The translations under genes were made by a program, and so were the position numbers. A model generated the notes under the pieces. The model searched no databases. It had not been told where the DNA came from and was given only the letters and a program-made list of their open reading frames with translations. A DNA stretch of 10,260 nt from the UHGV virus genome UHGV-0142988; one strand, given 5' to 3'. Shown in pieces: positions 6,988 to 10,260 of the stretch. Position 1 is the stretch's first letter. Each line of letters opens with the position of its first letter. The stretch comes from a virus.

Positions 6988-7599
6988 TCATTGTTTAGAA
7001 CAAATTTGTGTAATGGTTGCATTATGGTTAAATTCAACATCAATTACTTTTATAGTATTATCATTAAGTACAGATACAAAATAATTACTTGACGAATTTC
7101 CGTACTTCCTTGAACCATCTGCTGCAATCTTGTTGAATTTAGCAGTATACACACTATCTTTATCGCCGGGAATTGGCATTCGACTGATTAATTCATTATC
7201 GGAAATAGTATAATAAATTAAAATTCCTTTATCTGAATAGTAACCTGAATCGCTTTTTGTTCCCTGTCGAGTTTGTATTATTGCATCGAACTTATCGCAT
7301 TTATAAACATTGGTTTTGGCCTTTTCAGTACTGGTAGACGTTGAAGCCTTTACATCAGTACTTTTATCTTGTGAAACAACCCCGGAACCGATACCTACCG
7401 AAACGACAAAGACAATAAAACTCATGCCTAACGACGTAATCAAAGTACGGAACTTTCCCCGACCTTTATTTCTGGAATAGTTTGAAACTTTCCTGAAAGT
7501 AAGTACTGCAAGGATCACACAAATGATGAAAACGACAAGCCCGGCCATAAAATCCCTCAAACGTTGTGTATCAAAGGCAATCATAGTATCACTTCGCAA
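6988..7599 (-). CDS. Two-TM membrane protein with Ser/Thr-rich ~130-aa extracytoplasmic domain (203 aa, or 198 aa from ATG 7584)
   Basis: Hydrophobic segments AGLVVFIICVILAVLTF and LITSLGMSFIVFVVSVGIGSGVV separated by a basic loop; TTG start in the track with an in-frame ATG 5 codons later. Confidence 0.6.
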   Translation of the reverse strand: MRSDTMIAFDTQRLRDFMAGLVVFIICVILAVLTFRKVSNYSRNKGRGKFRTLITSLGMSFIVFVVSVGIGSGVVSQDKSTDVKASTSTSTEKAKTNVYKCDKFDAIIQTRQGTKSDSGYYSDKGILIYYTISDNELISRMPIPGDKDSVYTAKFNKIAADGSRKYGNSSSNYFVSVLNDNTIKVIDVEFNHNATITQICSKQ

Positions 7600-7601
7600 T
7601 A

Positions 7602-7624
7602 CATTGATCGATTAAAGCGATCAA
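7602..7624. promoter_or_regulatory. Palindrome ATTGATCG-attaaag-CGATCAAT in a divergent control region (7600-7700) that also carries three ATCAAT copies
   Basis: 8-bp inverted repeat just upstream of the leftward gene start and upstream of the rightward leader. Confidence 0.35.
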
Positions 7625-7699
7625 TTTTTGATTTTCGATCGGTTAAATCTATCAATATCTATTAATTGAAGACAAATCAATAGGTAAAAACGATCAGAC

Positions 7700-8100
7700 G
7701 TTGGTCAGTACTTCGGAAACACCAGAAGTATGGTTTGGGTCTGCCGTTTAAACGCCCTCAGAAAACCGCTAAGGTCTCTTTATCGCATATGGCTTGGGAT
7801 TTCAGCCTTTGGCTAAAATCGCTTTCAGGGGGGCTTCTTGTGCGTTTTGTCGGGAACACCATCATGGAGGGGGATAAATCGGATCGAAGTCGCTTCGCTC
7901 TGGTCAGTACTGGAAGGGTTAGCTTATCTGGCGAGGGAAGATGAATTGCCAGGCTTCATGAAGATGGTTGGTTTTGTGGACAAGAAGAACTGCCGTTTTG
8001 AGTATTCCCCCTCACACCCAACAAACCTACCCATTAGCAAGGGGGAGTACTTTCTCGTAGTATACAGAACGAATAAATTCTTTGTATACTTCCGTTTTAT
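7700..8100 (+). ncRNA. Candidate structured 5' leader / cis-regulatory RNA (class unassigned)
   Basis: ~400 nt without a convincing ORF, visibly more GC than flanks. 12-bp stem (~8001-8012 / 8040-8051, one G-U pair) with a C/A-rich 27-nt loop, then an AT-rich hairpin (~8059-8090) plus U-tract just before the downstream start. The 11-mer TGGTCAGTACT occurs twice (~7703, ~7901). Confidence 0.35.
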
Positions 8101-8111
8101 CCTAAAGCGAT

Positions 8112-8801
8112 TTGATTATGGACGAGAATAATAAAGAAGTTATTGAAATAAGACCAGAAGATAAGGACTTTTTCGCAGAATTTATTGATTGTGAAGGTCC
8201 AATTATCCAAGATTCAATTGATCATAAAAAAATCACCCTCGCACTTGATAAAGCCCACGACATAAGAAAGTTTGAAATAGATCTCTATTGGAAGCGTGCT
8301 ACATACTTCTTCGCATTCTTCACTGTAATAACAGCTGCATTTGGTTATTTGTTCACCCATGACAACTATACTTTCTTAGCCCCTGCACTTGCGATCATTG
8401 GTTCTGTTTTTGCTTTATGTTTTTGTTATGTGAATATCGGTAGTAAGTATTGGCAAGAAAACTGGGAGTTTATAATTGATAAAATTGAATATTATGTCAC
8501 AGGAAACCTTTATAAACTTTTCTTCTTCGAAAACCATAGAACCAAACGCCCATCAGTCACTAAGATTAATATATTTCTAAGCAAGCTAATTATAGCTACA
8601 TGGTACGCTTGCTTTATACTTTCCATGCACCAGATATGGAATCAAAGCATGGTATTAAATGTCTCTTATATTATCCTTACCATATATAGCACTGGAACGA
8701 CATTATATTACTGCGATAAAACTGTTGCAGACATATCGAACAATGATAAAGAATCACCACGATTCTTTAGATTCAGAAATCCTAATTACATAAAATCATA
8801 A
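8112..8801 (+). CDS. Multi-pass (about 4 TM) membrane protein with ~60-aa soluble N-terminal domain (229 aa; probable ATG at 8118)
   Basis: Four hydrophobic segments (ATYFFAFFTVITAAFGYLF; FLAPALAIIGSVFALCFCYVNI; INIFLSKLIIATWYACFILSMH; MVLNVSYIILTIYSTGTTLYY); weak RBS. Confidence 0.65.
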   Translation: MIMDENNKEVIEIRPEDKDFFAEFIDCEGPIIQDSIDHKKITLALDKAHDIRKFEIDLYWKRATYFFAFFTVITAAFGYLFTHDNYTFLAPALAIIGSVFALCFCYVNIGSKYWQENWEFIIDKIEYYVTGNLYKLFFFENHRTKRPSVTKINIFLSKLIIATWYACFILSMHQIWNQSMVLNVSYIILTIYSTGTTLYYCDKTVADISNNDKESPRFFRFRNPNYIKS

Positions 8802-8805
8802 ACAT

Positions 8806-8824
8806 GGGGGCATTTGATGCCCCT
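8806..8824 (+). terminator. Candidate terminator hairpin GGGGCAT-ttg-ATGCCCC just after the stop codon
   Basis: Perfect 7-bp GC-rich stem with 3-nt loop; the downstream U-tract is weak on plus and better on the minus strand. Confidence 0.45.
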
Positions 8825-9065
8825 TGTAAATTGATAATCCGACCTAAAAACACTTTGAGTACTTCATTTGTCAGTACTGTTATCTGTTTGAGCGAAAGCG
8901 AGTAACGGCTTTGGCGTGCTTTCGAGTACTGCGAGAAAAACGCAAAGTTACGATCTGATATTTGGTTTTTATAGAGACTAACAAGCAAAGCGAAGTTAGG
9001 CTCTTTAGATACTGAATATCAGTAAGGCTAATACATTCAAAATATCAGGTGAAAGGCAATATTAT

Positions 9066-9194
9066 ATTAAGTTACGGTTATTCACCCCACTGCATAAAAC
9101 AAGAATAACCTACTGATTTTACGGACTTTTATTTGAATAATAATTCACTAATAATCATGATAACCGTATTTCTTAGTTTTAAGTTACGGTTATA
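9066..9194. repeat. 15-bp direct repeat TTAAGTTACGGTTAT (~9067-9081 and ~9179-9193) with an inverted partial copy ATAACCGTA (~9161-9169)
   Basis: Read directly; lies in a convergent intergenic region abutting the 3' end of the gene at 9202. Confidence 0.7.
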
Positions 9195-9201
9195 GGTACG
9201 A

Positions 9202-9669
9202 TTAAACAATGGTTCGTAGATATGCAATCAGATCTTTCGCTGAGGCATTACTGTTCAATAATTCCTGTACTGCGTTCTTCTGTTCGTCGGTTAATGGCTT
9301 ACCAGGCAATGCTTTCTTTAGTCCACATAGCGTACCACCTTCTTCTACAAACTTATCCAATGCTTTAGCAACTGCGGTACAGGCTAATTTGTACTTCTCG
9401 ATAGATGATTCACTTGCTGCAAATTTCTTCATCTGATCTGAACGGGTTAAGGTAAGATAATACTTAACCTGTACTTTTGAAAGCTCTGTAGCGTGTTTGA
9501 CGATGTAGAAGACATCTTTAACAGGTAACTTGTACTTTCCCAATGATTTACACTCTTGAATCGTCTGGTTAATTATTAGAGTTGCTTCTGATGTTAGGCC
9601 ACTGTAAGTAACACGTTTTAGTGCTTCTTCTAACTTTTTATTGTTATAAATCCTTTCTTTTTTTGCCAT
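9202..9669 (-). CDS. Hypothetical protein (155 aa)
   Basis: Clean ORF with ATG start; protein-like composition; no motif recognised. Confidence 0.6.
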   Translation of the reverse strand: MAKKERIYNNKKLEEALKRVTYSGLTSEATLIINQTIQECKSLGKYKLPVKDVFYIVKHATELSKVQVKYYLTLTRSDQMKKFAASESSIEKYKLACTAVAKALDKFVEEGGTLCGLKKALPGKPLTDEQKNAVQELLNSNASAKDLIAYLRTIV

Positions 9670-9759
9670 GATAAATACCCCTATGGAAGATGTTAATTAA
9701 TATTGGCCTGATGTATTCCTAATACTCAGGCTTTTTATTTAAGAAGAAAATGGGTGGGG

Positions 9760-10026
9760 TTATACTCCACGTACCTTCTTGAACCATTCACGATACTCTG
9801 GCACTTTATTTTTGCGTAAATTGCTAATGAAATCTTGATCGCAATTAACTTTAAGTAAATTACAAATCCTAGCACTTGTCATATCACTTAGTAGGATATT
9901 CTCGTACTGAGAGAATGTTAGTTGAATGAAATTAACCTTTTCTTTCTTTCGAACTGATTTGTTCAATGACTTCCTATTAGTCCTGATTTTATTTTTTGTT
10001 TTTATTTTACCGTTTTTCTTTGACAT
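9760..10026 (-). CDS. Small basic protein with possible C-terminal helix-turn-helix (88 aa)
   Basis: GGAGTG RBS before the ATG; very basic N-terminus (KKNGKIKTKNKIRTNRK) followed by an HTH-like segment. Confidence 0.55.
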   Translation of the reverse strand: MSKKNGKIKTKNKIRTNRKSLNKSVRKKEKVNFIQLTFSQYENILLSDMTSARICNLLKVNCDQDFISNLRKNKVPEYREWFKKVRGV

Positions 10027-10260
10027 TTTGTCACTCCTCTAAATTAAAATTCATCTCATGGTTAACCTCCTACGGCTGTTGTTTATGTTCGATTGGCTAT
10101 ATGTTAACGGGCAAAATTGCCCCAATCAAGGAATAGTTGCAACTTTTTCTTGACAAGATCATTACTATTCAAGTCAAAAAATCATATATCATTTAGGCAC
10201 TATCTTTGGGTAATGACTCCAACTTATTGATAGTGTTTTATGTTCAGATAATGCCCGATG

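Noticed and set aside
7700-8100. Specific ncRNA classes (tRNA, tmRNA, RNase P, SRP RNA, T-box, TPP, SAM, FMN, cobalamin riboswitches, group I/II intron)
   Set aside because: I did not find the diagnostic conserved boxes (T-loop GTTCRA, T-box GGTGG, B12 box, group II domain V and so on) by eye; the region is left as an unclassified structured RNA candidate.
7735-8131. Two overlapping plus-strand ORFs (69 and 97 aa) in the GC-rich region, possibly one gene split by a frameshift at a G-run
   Set aside because: Both start at TTG without RBS, the second overlaps the downstream gene start, and the region is dominated by stable hairpins; a structured RNA seems more likely. Kept as the alternative under the leader finding.
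8782-9436. ORFs 8782-8988 (minus) and 9209-9436 (plus)
   Set aside because: The first spans the terminator hairpin and structured intergenic region; the second is antisense inside the 9202-9669 gene. Neither has start signals.
1-10260. The window as a complete small linear genome with inverted terminal repeats
   Set aside because: The right end shares no sequence with the reverse complement of the left terminus and carries no adapter; no capsid or tail genes are present, so the window is most likely only part of a larger element.

Overview
The window looks like the left-terminal ~10 kb of a linear, protein-primed dsDNA phage or plasmid-like element from an AT-rich (Firmicutes-like) host. Positions 1-38 are a Nextera/Tn5 adapter remnant, not biology. 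A repeat-rich terminal region follows, then a LexA-box-bearing promoter and a rightward operon: three small proteins, a candidate terminal protein, a protein-primed family-B DNA polymerase (Exo I-III, motifs A/B/C and KxY all visible), two small proteins and a phi29-gp16-like P-loop ATPase. After an intrinsic terminator, a double palindromic operator precedes a cassette of small membrane protein, stand-alone SH3b protein and PQ-repeat protein. From ~6.5 kb the sequence changes character (visibly more GC, leftward genes, AGTACT-rich). It holds a membrane plus secreted protein pair, a ~400-nt ORF-poor hairpin-rich leader in front of a 4-TM protein, a repeat- and hairpin-dense 400-bp intergenic region, and two leftward small proteins. 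I recognised no rRNA, tRNA, CRISPR array, integrase, transposase or capsid gene. ORF coordinates follow the supplied track; motif coordinates were read by eye and may be off by 1-2 nt. All functional calls are from motifs and synteny only; no database search was run.
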